A DNA stretch of 64,000 bases from Bacteroidota bacterium (GCA_016714535.1 JADKDR010000007.1:1022-65021), one strand, 5' to 3'; counted from the first letter of the stretch, positions 11,006-20,639 are shown. Translations and numbers: made by a program. Notes: generated from the sequence alone by a model not told the origin.

Positions 11006-11566
11006 ATGTATTCACTTTACGAACGAACTCCTGACGCGACACAATTGCGACTAAAGTTTAAAGAGCATATAAAACTTGCAGGATGTAATTGGGGTATAAT
11101 TCCTAACCTTCTTGCTGACAAACTAAAACCTACAGACAATCCTCCAATCGGTTGGACACTTGATGTATCGGAGTATTACAATAAAAATAACGAATCAATT
11201 ATCATTGATATCACACCTAAAAATAAAACAGCTGAAGTTTTTTTATGTGAACTGGACAAGGTAATTGGTTTTACTTATGACGCGTGGACACCGATAATGT
11301 ATCGTTTAAATATTTTATTTAACGGCATTCAATCTAATGGAATTGATAAAATTTCTTTTGTTTATCTTGACAAGACAGAAGCAATTTATACAATGTTATA
11401 TTTATATGGCTCTTTTAAAAATGGAGAACTGGTCGGCACTTGGAATTATCCAGGGCCAAGTCCAACAAATGCACTTCTGTTATGGAGCGAATCGTTGACT
11501 TTCTTCACACAACAAGTAAGTTTCTTTGACCGTGACTTTCTTAAAGAAAACATCAAAACAATTTAA
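11006..11566 (+). CDS. Hypothetical protein (no recognisable domain)
   Basis: Clean 186-aa ORF with ATG start. No motif I can assign. Confidence 0.45.
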   Translation: MYSLYERTPDATQLRLKFKEHIKLAGCNWGIIPNLLADKLKPTDNPPIGWTLDVSEYYNKNNESIIIDITPKNKTAEVFLCELDKVIGFTYDAWTPIMYRLNILFNGIQSNGIDKISFVYLDKTEAIYTMLYLYGSFKNGELVGTWNYPGPSPTNALLLWSESLTFFTQQVSFFDRDFLKENIKTI

Positions 11567-11587
11567 CAACTCTAAAACTATTTCAAT

Positions 11588-11763
11588 ATGATAGTGGAAT
11601 TATCAGACAGAGTTATCGTTGAGCAAAATGGTTCTCAAATGAAGTATGAGAAAAAATGCGAGAAGTATGGATGGTTGACAACTCAGAATATTTAGGAAGA
11701 GCTCCGAATAAAGGTGCAATTCTAAAATCGACTTTATCTTGTCCGAAATGTAGAACCATTTAA
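11588..11763 (+). pseudogene. Possible decayed small zinc-ribbon-like ORF
   Basis: ATG 11588 opens MIVELSDRVIVEQNGSQMKYEKKCEKYGWLTTQNI*. A second frame continues GRAPNKGAILKSTLSCPKCRTI*. The C-x2-C at the end and a single Cys earlier hint at a broken zinc ribbon. Weak. Confidence 0.25.
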
Positions 11764-11816
11764 AAATTACAGATGTAAGGAACTTGAAACTTATTGATTT
11801 GTGGCGAAAGTATAAA

Positions 11817-12195
11817 GGCAGATATCAGACAAGACTTCGTGCCATGCGAGGCACAAGATCCCGTTGTATAGGGATTACACTGCCTGCCCCGACCATTGTG
11901 TCGGTGGAATCTTCGAAGGTGCTTGTGATGAATATTCCCGCACTGTTCGCAAGTGATGTGCAGAAATTTTTGCTATGTGGTTTGTTGGTTGCTATAGTTA
12001 GGCAAGCAACTATTGCTGTTTATGTGTTGGCGCTTTCAGTAATTCAAAATAACATACCAAGTATTACTTCTTCAAATTTCAATTTTACTAAATCGAGCTT
12101 ACATACAAAAGCATCAATAAAGCGTACAACATTTTCAACATCGATATTGCAATCTAAACTTGATATTTCCATTTGATTACTCGAAATCGAAAACT
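11817..12195 (-). mobile_element. Repeat-family copy A (with intact 42-codon transposase-N-terminus mini-ORF on the minus strand, 12044..12172)
   Basis: Shares ggcagatatcagacaag (end motif), a hairpin at 11835-11857, ctgttcgcaa, caactattgctgtttatgtgttgg, ttcaaatttcaattttactaaatcgag, atcaataaagcgtacaac and tgcaatctaaacttgatatttccat with the other copies. The minus-strand translation is MEISSLDCNIDVENVVRFIDAFVCKLDLVKLKFEE. Confidence 0.6.
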
Positions 12196-12332
12196 TCTTT
12201 GAGCTTACAACCGTATACGTCACCATTTGTAATAATGCTAACTTTGAACTGATTGCAACAAGCGAACAGATAAAAACATAACTTTGACGACTTGGACAAA
12301 ACTAAAATTATATGTGAATAAGCAAACAGAAT

Positions 12333-14324
12333 ATGAAAAAACTATTTCTCACCATCCTCACTTTTCAATTTACACTATTGAGTGTTCACTCTCAAGACCC
12401 CCAGCTCGTTGACTCTTTAGAAACTGCGCTCAAAAACCACAACGCCCGCAAGCCGGAGTTGAAGATTAAATCACCTTCGCAATACGATACCACAGCAGCT
12501 AATATTTTAATTAAACTCTCCATTGCCTTTTGGAACAGTAACCCCGACAAGGCAATGGACTATGCCAATCAATGTTTGGCATTATCAGAACAAATAGGTT
12601 ATGAAAAAGGAATAGGCAATGCTTATAATAGTTTGGGTACTATCAATAATATGAAAGGAGATTATCTACCTGCTCTTGAATTTTATAAAAAAGCATTGAA
12701 GGTTAGGGAACAAACCGGGGATAAAAGAAGCATAGCAGCTTCTTATAACAACATCGGCCTTGTTTATACTGCCCGGGGCGATTTCCCCGTAGCGCTGAAA
12801 AATCTTTTTACCTGTTTGAAAATAAGTGAAGAAATAGGGGATAAAAAAAACATTTCATCTTCTTATATAAACATCGGAAACATATATACTAAACAGGGCA
12901 ATAAACCGGAAGCGCTCAAAAATTATTTTGCCGCTTTAAAAATAGTTAAAGAAATAGGGTATAAAAGAGGCATTGCAGGTGCTTATGACGGCATCGGTAT
13001 TATTTATAGGAACCAGGGCAATTACCCCGAAGCGCTGAAAAATCATTTTGCCTCTTTAAAAACGAGGGAAGAAATGGGGGACCAACAAGGGATTGCATAT
13101 TCTTATAGCAACATAGGTGAGGTTTATGCCCTTCAGGGCAATTATCCCGAAGCTCTAAAAAATTATTTTGCATATTTAAAAATAAGTGAAGAAATGGAGG
13201 ATAAAAACAGCATTGCATATTCATTTGTCAATATTGGAAATGTTTATACGAAACAGAATAAATATAGCGAGGCTTCTGACTTTTTGAATAAAGGTTTGTC
13301 TCTTTCAAAAGGGATTGGGAATTTGCAATCCATTCAAGAAAGTTATGAAGGATTGGCGTCATTGGATAGTGCACAAGGTAATTTTAATAAAGCATTGGAG
13401 CATTATAAACTTTATATCATCTATCGAGACAGTATTGCGAATACAGAAAACGCTAAGAAAACAGTGGCACTGCAAATGAACTACGATTTCGGCAAAAAGC
13501 AAGATTCACTTAATGTGGTGCAGGCAGGTAAAGACATGCTTGCACAAAAAGAATTGCAGAAACAAAAACTCGTTCGCAACGGATTTATTGGTGGCTTTGC
13601 CATAGTGTTGCTTTTTGCAGGTGTGTTTTTCAGACAACGCAATAAAACCAAAAAAGAAAAACTAAAAGCAGAAGAAGAAAGAAAGCGAAGCGAAGATTTA
13701 TTGCTCAACATTCTCCCTGCCGAAGTAGCCGAAGAAATAAAAGCAACAGGTACAGCCAAAGCAAAAGCGTTTACAATGGTAACGGTTATGTTTACTGACT
13801 TCAAGGACTTCACCACCGTAAGCGAAAAAGTAAGTGCCGAATTATTGGTGGAAGAAATACATGCTTGTTTCAGTGCATTTGATAACATCATAAATAAAAA
13901 TAAAATAGAAAAAATAAAAACCATTGGAGATGCCTATATGTGTGCAGGCGGATTACCCGTATCCAATTACACCCATGCTACAGATATGCTACAAGCAGCC
14001 TTTGAAATAAGAGACTATATGCTGCAACGCAAAAAGGAAAAAGAAGCAAGAGGAGAAATTTCTTTTGTATTGAGAATTGGTATTCACACCGGTCCGGTTG
14101 TAGCGGGAATAGTTGGAGTAAAAAAATTCGCTTATGACATTTGGGGCGATACAGTAAACATTGCTTCTCGCATGGAATCAAGTGGTGAAGCAGGAAAAGT
14201 AAACATCAGCGGCAGCACTTATGAATTGGTGAAAGATAAATTCAATTGTATTCATCGTGGAAAAATTGAAGCAAAGAATAAGGGGGAGATTGATATGTAT
14301 TTTGTAGAGCGCATTCCAATTTAA
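12333..14324 (+). CDS. TPR-repeat sensor fused through one TM helix to a class III adenylate/guanylate cyclase domain
   Basis: Signal peptide. About eight 40-aa TPR-like units (GNYPEALKNxFAxLK...). TM segment GFIGGFAIVLLFAGVFF. Cyclase domain motifs VTVMFTDFKDFT, KTIGDAYMCAGG and YDIWGDTVNIASRMES. Confidence 0.8.
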   Translation: MKKLFLTILTFQFTLLSVHSQDPQLVDSLETALKNHNARKPELKIKSPSQYDTTAANILIKLSIAFWNSNPDKAMDYANQCLALSEQIGYEKGIGNAYNSLGTINNMKGDYLPALEFYKKALKVREQTGDKRSIAASYNNIGLVYTARGDFPVALKNLFTCLKISEEIGDKKNISSSYINIGNIYTKQGNKPEALKNYFAALKIVKEIGYKRGIAGAYDGIGIIYRNQGNYPEALKNHFASLKTREEMGDQQGIAYSYSNIGEVYALQGNYPEALKNYFAYLKISEEMEDKNSIAYSFVNIGNVYTKQNKYSEASDFLNKGLSLSKGIGNLQSIQESYEGLASLDSAQGNFNKALEHYKLYIIYRDSIANTENAKKTVALQMNYDFGKKQDSLNVVQAGKDMLAQKELQKQKLVRNGFIGGFAIVLLFAGVFFRQRNKTKKEKLKAEEERKRSEDLLLNILPAEVAEEIKATGTAKAKAFTMVTVMFTDFKDFTTVSEKVSAELLVEEIHACFSAFDNIINKNKIEKIKTIGDAYMCAGGLPVSNYTHATDMLQAAFEIRDYMLQRKKEKEARGEISFVLRIGIHTGPVVAGIVGVKKFAYDIWGDTVNIASRMESSGEAGKVNISGSTYELVKDKFNCIHRGKIEAKNKGEIDMYFVERIPI

Positions 14325-14445
14325 TCGGGATGCCCAAAATGATGACTATGAAACGTACCGGCACGGAAACTTTCTTGTAATATAATTTATGTAAATCATG
14401 TTTATAAAACATGATTTGCATAAATATAAAAGTTATACTTTCACG

Positions 14446-15601
14446 ATGAAAATTAAAAGAGAAGTACAATCTCATCTGATATAACTATCAAAAACTTTCA
14501 GGGCAGTGGCAGTTGTTGGTAAACGGCAGAGTGGCAAGTCAACATTGGTGAAGGCATGTTTTCAGGACGAACCCAATCTTTCATTTGAAAACATCACCAC
14601 GATTAATCAATTTAAAAATGACCCTGAGCTTTTTATTCACCGTTACCATGAGGGCTGCATCATAGATGAGGTTCAAAGAGCGCCTGAAATATTTTCCTAT
14701 TTGCAAACAGAAATTGATAAGTCAAATAAAAAAGGTAGATTTATTCTAACAGGTTCTAGCAATTTCACACTCGTGCAATCGGTAACACAAACATTTGCAG
14801 GCAGGATGGTGTTTTTAGATTTATTGCCTTTGAGTATGGGGAAAATAAATTCTTCAAAAAACGATATGTACAAAAACAAGTAGGAGCAATTTGTTTGGAG
14901 AGGTGGATACCCTGAACCAGCGCAACTAAAAAGCAACCTGAATAACTAGTTTGACGCTTACTTGCGAACTTATGTAGAGCGCGACATCAGGCAATTGAAA
15001 ATGATTGACAACATTCCTGCTTATTAACGTCTCATTTATTTATGTGCGGGAAGAGTTGGGCAGCAGTTAGATTTTGCAAATGAAGTGGTGTAAATGCTAC
15101 CACAGTGCATAGCTGGCTTGATGCTTTTCAAAAAATTATGTAATCTATTTTCTCAAATCATATTTCAATTGGTTTAATAAACGAGTTATTAAAGCGCCCA
15201 AATTATATTTTAATGACACTGGCTTGGCATGCTGGCTTTTATCCATTCATAAGCCTGACCAAATTGACACAGTGAGTTTATACAAAGGCGCATTGTTTGA
15301 AAATTTTGTGATTAACGAAATGATAAAATATCGTTTCAATAGAGGACTAAAAAATAACCTCTATTATTTCAGAGACAGCAATGCCAATGAAGTAGATGTG
15401 ATTATTGATAACGGAAAAGAACTCATTGGCGTAGAAATTATATCGGCAAGAACACTGGCAAACGATTTTTTTAAAGGACTTGACTACTGGAAAAAACTAT
15501 CAGGTCAAAAAAAGAGTTTGTTATTTTATACCGGCTTCGATGAATTTAAATACAGTAACGGAAATCAGGTAATTAATTGGAAGAATATTGCGGGCATTTA
15601 G
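14446..15601 (+). pseudogene. AAA-family ATPase with DUF4143-type C-terminus (COG1373-like), heavily decayed
   Basis: ATG 14446 then in-frame TAA at 14482-14484 (MKIKREVQSHLI*LSKTFRAVAVVGKRQSGKSTL, Walker A). Family-typical pieces (WRGGYPEP, YLRTYVERDIRQL, CAGRVGQQLDF, KLYFNDTGLACWLL-like) lie in different frames with stops between 14884 and 15223. The C-terminal piece is 15224..15601. Confidence 0.7.
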
Positions 15602-15659
15602 CGGTAAAAATAAATTTAGTAATGCTTCTGTTATTTTTTCTCTTAAAGAAACGTGTTTA

Positions 15660-15757
15660 TATTGGCTGGAGATACATTCAATTGCAATTATCGCTGAAAA
15701 ATTCAAGCGAAAAATAAAGGGGAGATTAATATGTATTTAGTTGAGAACAAAATGTAA
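15660..15757 (+). pseudogene. Relic of the last ~30 codons of a second adenylate-cyclase paralog
   Basis: ttcaattgcaattatcgctgaaaaattcaagcgaaaaataaaggggagattaatatgtatttagttgag closely matches the 3' end of the intact cyclase (ttcaattgtattcatcgtggaaaaattgaagcaaagaataagggggagattgatatgtattttgtagag, 14250-14320). The relic has TGA where the intact gene has GGA. Confidence 0.55.
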
Positions 15758-16064
15758 TAACATTTTGGGCGAGATCTCGATTTTTCATTAGGATTGAAGC
15801 AATTTCATAGGATGAATTGCACATCTGATATCCTGCCCTAAAGAGAAAGAAAGGCTTTATTACAAGTTTTCACAACTTTTCAATCATCATTTCTTTGAGG
15901 AAAAAAGCGAGTGCGCTTCTTTCCTCTAACTTCTTTTAATTTATATCAGTCAGATTGTGAAAAAATATCTATTCATGTTCTTTATATCCAACCAACTTTA
16001 CGAAAAGTTTTTTGTTTAGGAGATTGTCGGAAGATGAATTAAAGTATTTTCACAGGCTGAGGTT
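15757..16064 (-). mobile_element. Repeat-family copy H (internally deleted or degenerate; both end motifs recognisable)
   Basis: Begins taataacattttgggcg (compare copy F gttaacattttgtcggc and copy D gctaacatttagccg) directly at the stop of the cyclase relic. Ends ttttcacaggctgaggtt (16047-16064), 17 of 18 identical to the right end ttttcacaggctgacgtt of copies C and E. Confidence 0.4.
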
Positions 16065-16118
16065 ATGGACAAGTTAAAAGGGGCCTAATAGCTATTTAAC
16101 AATTGAGCATTTAAATTT

Positions 16119-17543
16119 ATGAAAATTCTACTCACGGGAGTAACTGGATATATAGCACAAAGGCTATTGCCTGTTTTATTAAAAAGCGGGCATGAGGTTG
16201 TCTGTTGCGTGAGAGACATTAATAGATTTAATATTAATAAATATGCTACTTCAAACATCTCGGTAATAGAAGCCGATTTTCTAAATAAAGAAAGTTTGAA
16301 ACTTATTCCCAATGCTATTGATTTGGCCTATTACCTTATACATTCAATGTCAACCCAAAGTGGCGATTTTAGAAGTCTGGAAGAAGTATGTGCAACAAAT
16401 TTTCGAAATTGCATTGAACATACAAATGCTAAACAAGTTATTTATTTGAGTGGTATTAGTAATGCTGAAGAATTATCAAAACATTTATCATCAAGAAAAA
16501 ATGTGGAGTCTACCTTATCAAGCACCAACTATGCACTCACTACACTCAAGGCAGGAATTATAGTAGGTTCTGGAAGTGCCTCTTTTGAAATTATTCGAGA
16601 TCTGGTTGAAAAATTACCTTTTATGATTACACCACGTTGGCTAAATACTAAATGTCAGCCTATAGCTATTCGCAATGTAATTGAGTTTTTAGTTGGCGTA
16701 ATTGCCCAAACTGAAACCTATAACCAAAACTACGATATTGGTGGGCCTGACATTTTAACTTATAAGGAAATGCTGTTGCGCTTTGCTAAAGTTAGAAGAT
16801 TAAAAAGACGAATTATTATTGTTCCTGTAATGACTCCAAGAATTTCATCATACTGGCTATATTTTGTTACGTCCACTTCCTATGCATTGGCTAAAAATTT
16901 AGTAAACAGCATGAAAGTTGAAGTGATTTGCAAACCCAATAATTTATCTACCACACTTGGCATTACGCTTATTGATTATGAAAAAGCAATACAATTAGCT
17001 TTTGATAAAATAGAGCAAAATCAAGTGCTTTCCAGTTGGAAAGATGCACAAACAAGTGAAATATTTAAAGAAGGTTTTTCCAAATTTATTGAAGTTCCTA
17101 TTAACGGCTGCTTTAAAGACATTCGGACACATGAACTAGAAAACACCACTAGTTCATTAGAGAAAATATGGCGCATTGGAGGGAAAACAGGTTGGTATTA
17201 CGGAACCTGGCTTTGGGAAATAAGAGGGTTTATAGATCAGATTTTTGGTGGTGTTGGTATGCGAAGAGGCAGAAAAAGTGATACCGAATTAAACACGGGC
17301 GATACACTTGATTTTTGGCGTGTAATGATTGCCAATAAAGAAGAGAAACGGTTACTGTTGTATGCCGAAATGAAACTACCCGGTGAAGGTTGGTTAGAAT
17401 TTAAAATCAATAAAAATAATATCCTTACACAAACAGCAACGTTCCGACCGATTGGGTTGCTGGGAAGATTTTATTGGTATTCTGTTTTGCCATTTCATGG
17501 ATTGATTTTTAAAGGAATGATAAATAAACTTGCTGTAAGATAA
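16119..17543 (+). CDS. NAD(P)-binding SDR/NmrA-like protein fused to a DUF2867-like C-terminal domain
   Basis: N-terminal Rossmann motif MKILLTGVTGYIAQRL. The long C-terminal extension (GWYYGTWLWEIRGFIDQIFGGVGMRRGR) is as I recall it from DUF2867 fusions. Confidence 0.65.
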   Translation: MKILLTGVTGYIAQRLLPVLLKSGHEVVCCVRDINRFNINKYATSNISVIEADFLNKESLKLIPNAIDLAYYLIHSMSTQSGDFRSLEEVCATNFRNCIEHTNAKQVIYLSGISNAEELSKHLSSRKNVESTLSSTNYALTTLKAGIIVGSGSASFEIIRDLVEKLPFMITPRWLNTKCQPIAIRNVIEFLVGVIAQTETYNQNYDIGGPDILTYKEMLLRFAKVRRLKRRIIIVPVMTPRISSYWLYFVTSTSYALAKNLVNSMKVEVICKPNNLSTTLGITLIDYEKAIQLAFDKIEQNQVLSSWKDAQTSEIFKEGFSKFIEVPINGCFKDIRTHELENTTSSLEKIWRIGGKTGWYYGTWLWEIRGFIDQIFGGVGMRRGRKSDTELNTGDTLDFWRVMIANKEEKRLLLYAEMKLPGEGWLEFKINKNNILTQTATFRPIGLLGRFYWYSVLPFHGLIFKGMINKLAVR

Positions 17544-17734
17544 ACAGAGAAGTGAAAAAAAATAAAATCTATATATTACAGCACGTTTGCAATAGGCGAA
17601 GTTTTCCTGATGAAAAATCGGGAAAGGCAGTGCTCCGAAGACCCCGCATTATTGCGGGATGACGAAAAAATAGCCTATTACAAAGCTGCATATTGTTAGA
17701 AGATTTGTTGACTAAAATATAACAAAATAAAATT

Positions 17735-19231
17735 ATGAATATGAAATATAAAGCCATTCTTTTTACACTAATACTATCACTAGTATTTTCAAATAAATCA
17801 AAGTCGCAATCCATACCAAGTTCAAAAACCTTTACGTCTATAGAACTGCTTAAAGACTTTGAAGTATTGAAAGGCGTTTTACAAAATTATCATCCAGGGC
17901 TTTACAGGTTTCAAGACAGCACAACGGTGGCAAAGCATTTTGATAATCTAGAGCAGCAGTTGAAACAAGACTTAACACTTGCTGAGGCTTACTTAGTGTT
18001 TTCCAGGTTTTCGGCAAGCTTAAAATGCGGACATACTTTCTGTAGCTTTTACAATCAGAGTGGTTCCACTAGAGATAGTCTTTTCAATAAAAAAGATAAA
18101 GTTCCGTTTAATTTTTTCCTGTTTGATAAAAGAATGTTTGTTGAAAAAAATGTTTCAAACAATGAAGAACTAAAGGAAGGATCTGAAATTTTAGAAATTA
18201 ATAATGTGCCTGTTGCTACTATTATTGATACGTTAATACAATATGTGAAGGGCGATGGAAATAATAATCTCAAAAGACTAAATGACCTGAATCTTTCGGG
18301 GCTTGGAAAGTTTGAAGCCTTTGATATTTTTTATCCATTAGTATTCCCACCTATTAATAATTCTTATTCCCTTAAAGTTAAAGGACCTGACAACGCGAGT
18401 ACCTTGACAATTAATGTTAATCCTATTAGTCGTGCTGAACGTTTTGGACTAATTGAAAATAAATATGGAAAACAGCCTTCAACTTTAGATGATTTATGGA
18501 GTTTCAAAATATTAAATAATGAAACCGGCTATTTAAAAATTGGCACTTTTGTAACCAATAAATTAACCATTGACTGGAAAAAATTTTTAAATAATGCATT
18601 TGATGAATTGGCTGAAAAAAAAATTCAAAATTTAATTATTGATATACGCGGAAACGAAGGTGGTAATGATGAAGTAAATCTTGTGCTTGGAAATAAGTTA
18701 GCTAAAAAGCAGATTGAATTTCCTGCATTTAAAGAACTGCTTCGGTATGAAAAAGTTTCTGATGAATTTCGCCCTTACCTAAATACCTGGGACAAGAGTT
18801 TTTATAACAGAAGCGGACAAGTAATAAAACAAGAAAATGGCTTTTATACCTGGAAAAAAAATAGAGGCAACTCAGTTATAAAGAAAAATAACAATGCTTT
18901 TCAAGGAAACACCTATTTACTTGTGGACGCAGCCAATAGTTCGGCAACCTTTTTCCTCACGGCTGGCTTAAAGCAAAACAAGATTGCTACTATAGTTGGT
19001 TCTGAAACAGGAGGTAATCTAAAAGGAACCAATGGAGGTCAACTGTTTTTTCTTTGGCTACCCAATTCCAAAATAGAAATTGATGTTCCGCTGATAGGAT
19101 ACTACCCATTAACAGAACAACCAGATAAGGGCATAAATCCAGATATTGAAGTTGTGTTGACAATTTCAGATATTTTTTCCGGAAAGGATAAGGTCTTAGA
19201 TAAAGCAATAGAATTAATTAAGGCAAAATAA
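17735..19231 (+). CDS. Peptidase S41 family protein (paralog 3)
   Basis: Signal peptide. LIIDIRGNEGGND, SSATFFL and GSETGGN motifs. Collinear with 7389..8846. Confidence 0.7.
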   Translation: MNMKYKAILFTLILSLVFSNKSKSQSIPSSKTFTSIELLKDFEVLKGVLQNYHPGLYRFQDSTTVAKHFDNLEQQLKQDLTLAEAYLVFSRFSASLKCGHTFCSFYNQSGSTRDSLFNKKDKVPFNFFLFDKRMFVEKNVSNNEELKEGSEILEINNVPVATIIDTLIQYVKGDGNNNLKRLNDLNLSGLGKFEAFDIFYPLVFPPINNSYSLKVKGPDNASTLTINVNPISRAERFGLIENKYGKQPSTLDDLWSFKILNNETGYLKIGTFVTNKLTIDWKKFLNNAFDELAEKKIQNLIIDIRGNEGGNDEVNLVLGNKLAKKQIEFPAFKELLRYEKVSDEFRPYLNTWDKSFYNRSGQVIKQENGFYTWKKNRGNSVIKKNNNAFQGNTYLLVDAANSSATFFLTAGLKQNKIATIVGSETGGNLKGTNGGQLFFLWLPNSKIEIDVPLIGYYPLTEQPDKGINPDIEVVLTISDIFSGKDKVLDKAIELIKAK

Positions 19232-19235
19232 AAGC

Positions 19236-19676
19236 ACATCAGCTAAGTTAACATTTTGTCGGCTATACAAAACCCCATTCGAATGCAGCAAACTAAGATG
19301 TTTACGTATAGACAGCTTTCAGCAACACGAGCCGCGGTGCGGTTAGTATTCACTATAGCCACTTAAGTATATAAGTATACTTGTATCGGAGTGCGGTTTG
19401 GATTATACTGTTTGTAACAGGGGGTGTATAGGTTACTTAGAAAGCAATCAGCAACTAATGCTTGTATGCAAGGAATCAATAAAGCGTACAACATTATTTG
19501 CTTCTATGCTGCAATCTAAAATTGATATTGCTATTCTGGTTATCCAGCTAGCTAGTATGTGCTTCATAATTATTTTTGCTTAGTCAGGTCTATCATGTTG
19601 TTGTAATTTCTATTCTTGCTGCATGCTGGTAACGGGTAGCTTTGGGCATTTGGTTTTTTACAGTTGCCCTTTATTG
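19236..19676 (-). mobile_element. Repeat-family copy F (near full length, degenerate right end)
   Basis: Starts ~5 nt after the S41 stop. Shares ttcagcaacacgagcc, ttgtatcggagtgcggtttgg, tttgtaacagggggtgtatagg, atcaataaagcgtacaac, tgcaatctaaaattgatatt, gttgttgtaatttc and tagctttgggcatttggtttttta with the other copies. Confidence 0.6.
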
Positions 19677-19752
19677 GCATCCGAAAAAAGCAATCAACTG
19701 TAACAATATCAATATGAAATCATCCTTTCAATAACACCTACAACATTTGCCA

Positions 19753-20634
19753 ATGACATTAAAAATAAATAATCTCTCAAAAACTTATCCCAATGGTGTA
19801 AAAGCCTTGGACAATCTTACATTGGAAATAAACCAAGGTATGTTTGGTTTGCTTGGGCCAAACGGTGCAGGCAAATCTTCACTTATGCGGACACTTGCGA
19901 CTTTACAAAACCCTGATGAAGGTTCAGTATTTTTTGAAGACCTAGATGTTTTGAAAAACCCAATGGATTTGCGAAAGATATTAGGATACTTACCGCAAGA
20001 GTTCGGGGTGTATCCCAAAATGTCCGCAATAGACTTGCTGGATTATTTAGCAACGCTTAAAGGTATAGCTTCGAGACAAGACCGAAATAAATTGATACAG
20101 CAAGTATTGGAAATTACAAACCTATATGAAGCTCGGAAAAAAAATGTTGACGGTTATTCGGGCGGAATGAAACAACGATTTGGCATTGCTCAATTGCTAC
20201 TCAACAATCCCAAATTGATAATTGTAGATGAACCTACCGCTGGCTTAGACCCTGCTGAACGAAACCGCTTTTTGAATGTTTTACGAGAAATTGCCAGTAC
20301 TAATATCATCATTTTTTCAACCCACATTGTAGATGACATTAAAGATTTGTGTAATGATATGGCAATAATGAACGGAGGTAAAATTTTAAAAATAATAAAA
20401 CCATCAGTAGCAACAAAAGAATTAGAAAATAAAATATGGACAAATAATATTGACAGAGCTATACTTGAAGAAATGGAACAAAGTTATTTAGTTCTTTCTT
20501 CCAAATACAACCAGGATAATTCAATAAATATTCGGGTTTATGCTAATGAACAACCATCATCAAATTTTGCATCAGCAACGCCAACTTTGGAAGATGTTTA
20601 TTTTGTTGCTTTAAAAAACAACCTCGAAAACTAA
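19753..20634 (+). CDS. ABC transporter ATP-binding protein (ABC-2 subfamily type)
   Basis: Walker A GPNGAGKSS, signature YSGGMKQR, Walker B LIIVDEPTAGLD, H-loop FSTHI. ATG 19753 is preferred over TTG 19747. Confidence 0.85.
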   Translation: MTLKINNLSKTYPNGVKALDNLTLEINQGMFGLLGPNGAGKSSLMRTLATLQNPDEGSVFFEDLDVLKNPMDLRKILGYLPQEFGVYPKMSAIDLLDYLATLKGIASRQDRNKLIQQVLEITNLYEARKKNVDGYSGGMKQRFGIAQLLLNNPKLIIVDEPTAGLDPAERNRFLNVLREIASTNIIIFSTHIVDDIKDLCNDMAIMNGGKILKIIKPSVATKELENKIWTNNIDRAILEEMEQSYLVLSSKYNQDNSINIRVYANEQPSSNFASATPTLEDVYFVALKNNLEN

Positions 20635-20639
20635 AGCAA

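Noticed and set aside
11784-12226. Track ORFs 11784..12176 (+) and 12044..12226 (-) as protein genes. The same applies to 19398..19583, 26815..27126, 28282..28620, 28292..28495, 28523..28708 and 10408..10782.
   Set aside because: All lie inside repeat-family copies. Reading frames are not conserved between copies, apart from the short minus-strand transposase relic reported separately.
12657-13256. CRISPR-like regular repeats.
   Set aside because: The 120-bp period is entirely inside one ORF and encodes TPR units. There is no short-repeat/unique-spacer structure, and no CRISPR array elsewhere in the window.
17643-17658. Hairpin cccgca-ttat-tgcggg downstream of the SDR gene as a terminator, and ORF 17569..17814 (-).
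   Set aside because: The 6-bp stem has no following T run on the + strand. The ORF overlaps the S41 start region and has no motifs. There is not enough evidence for either.
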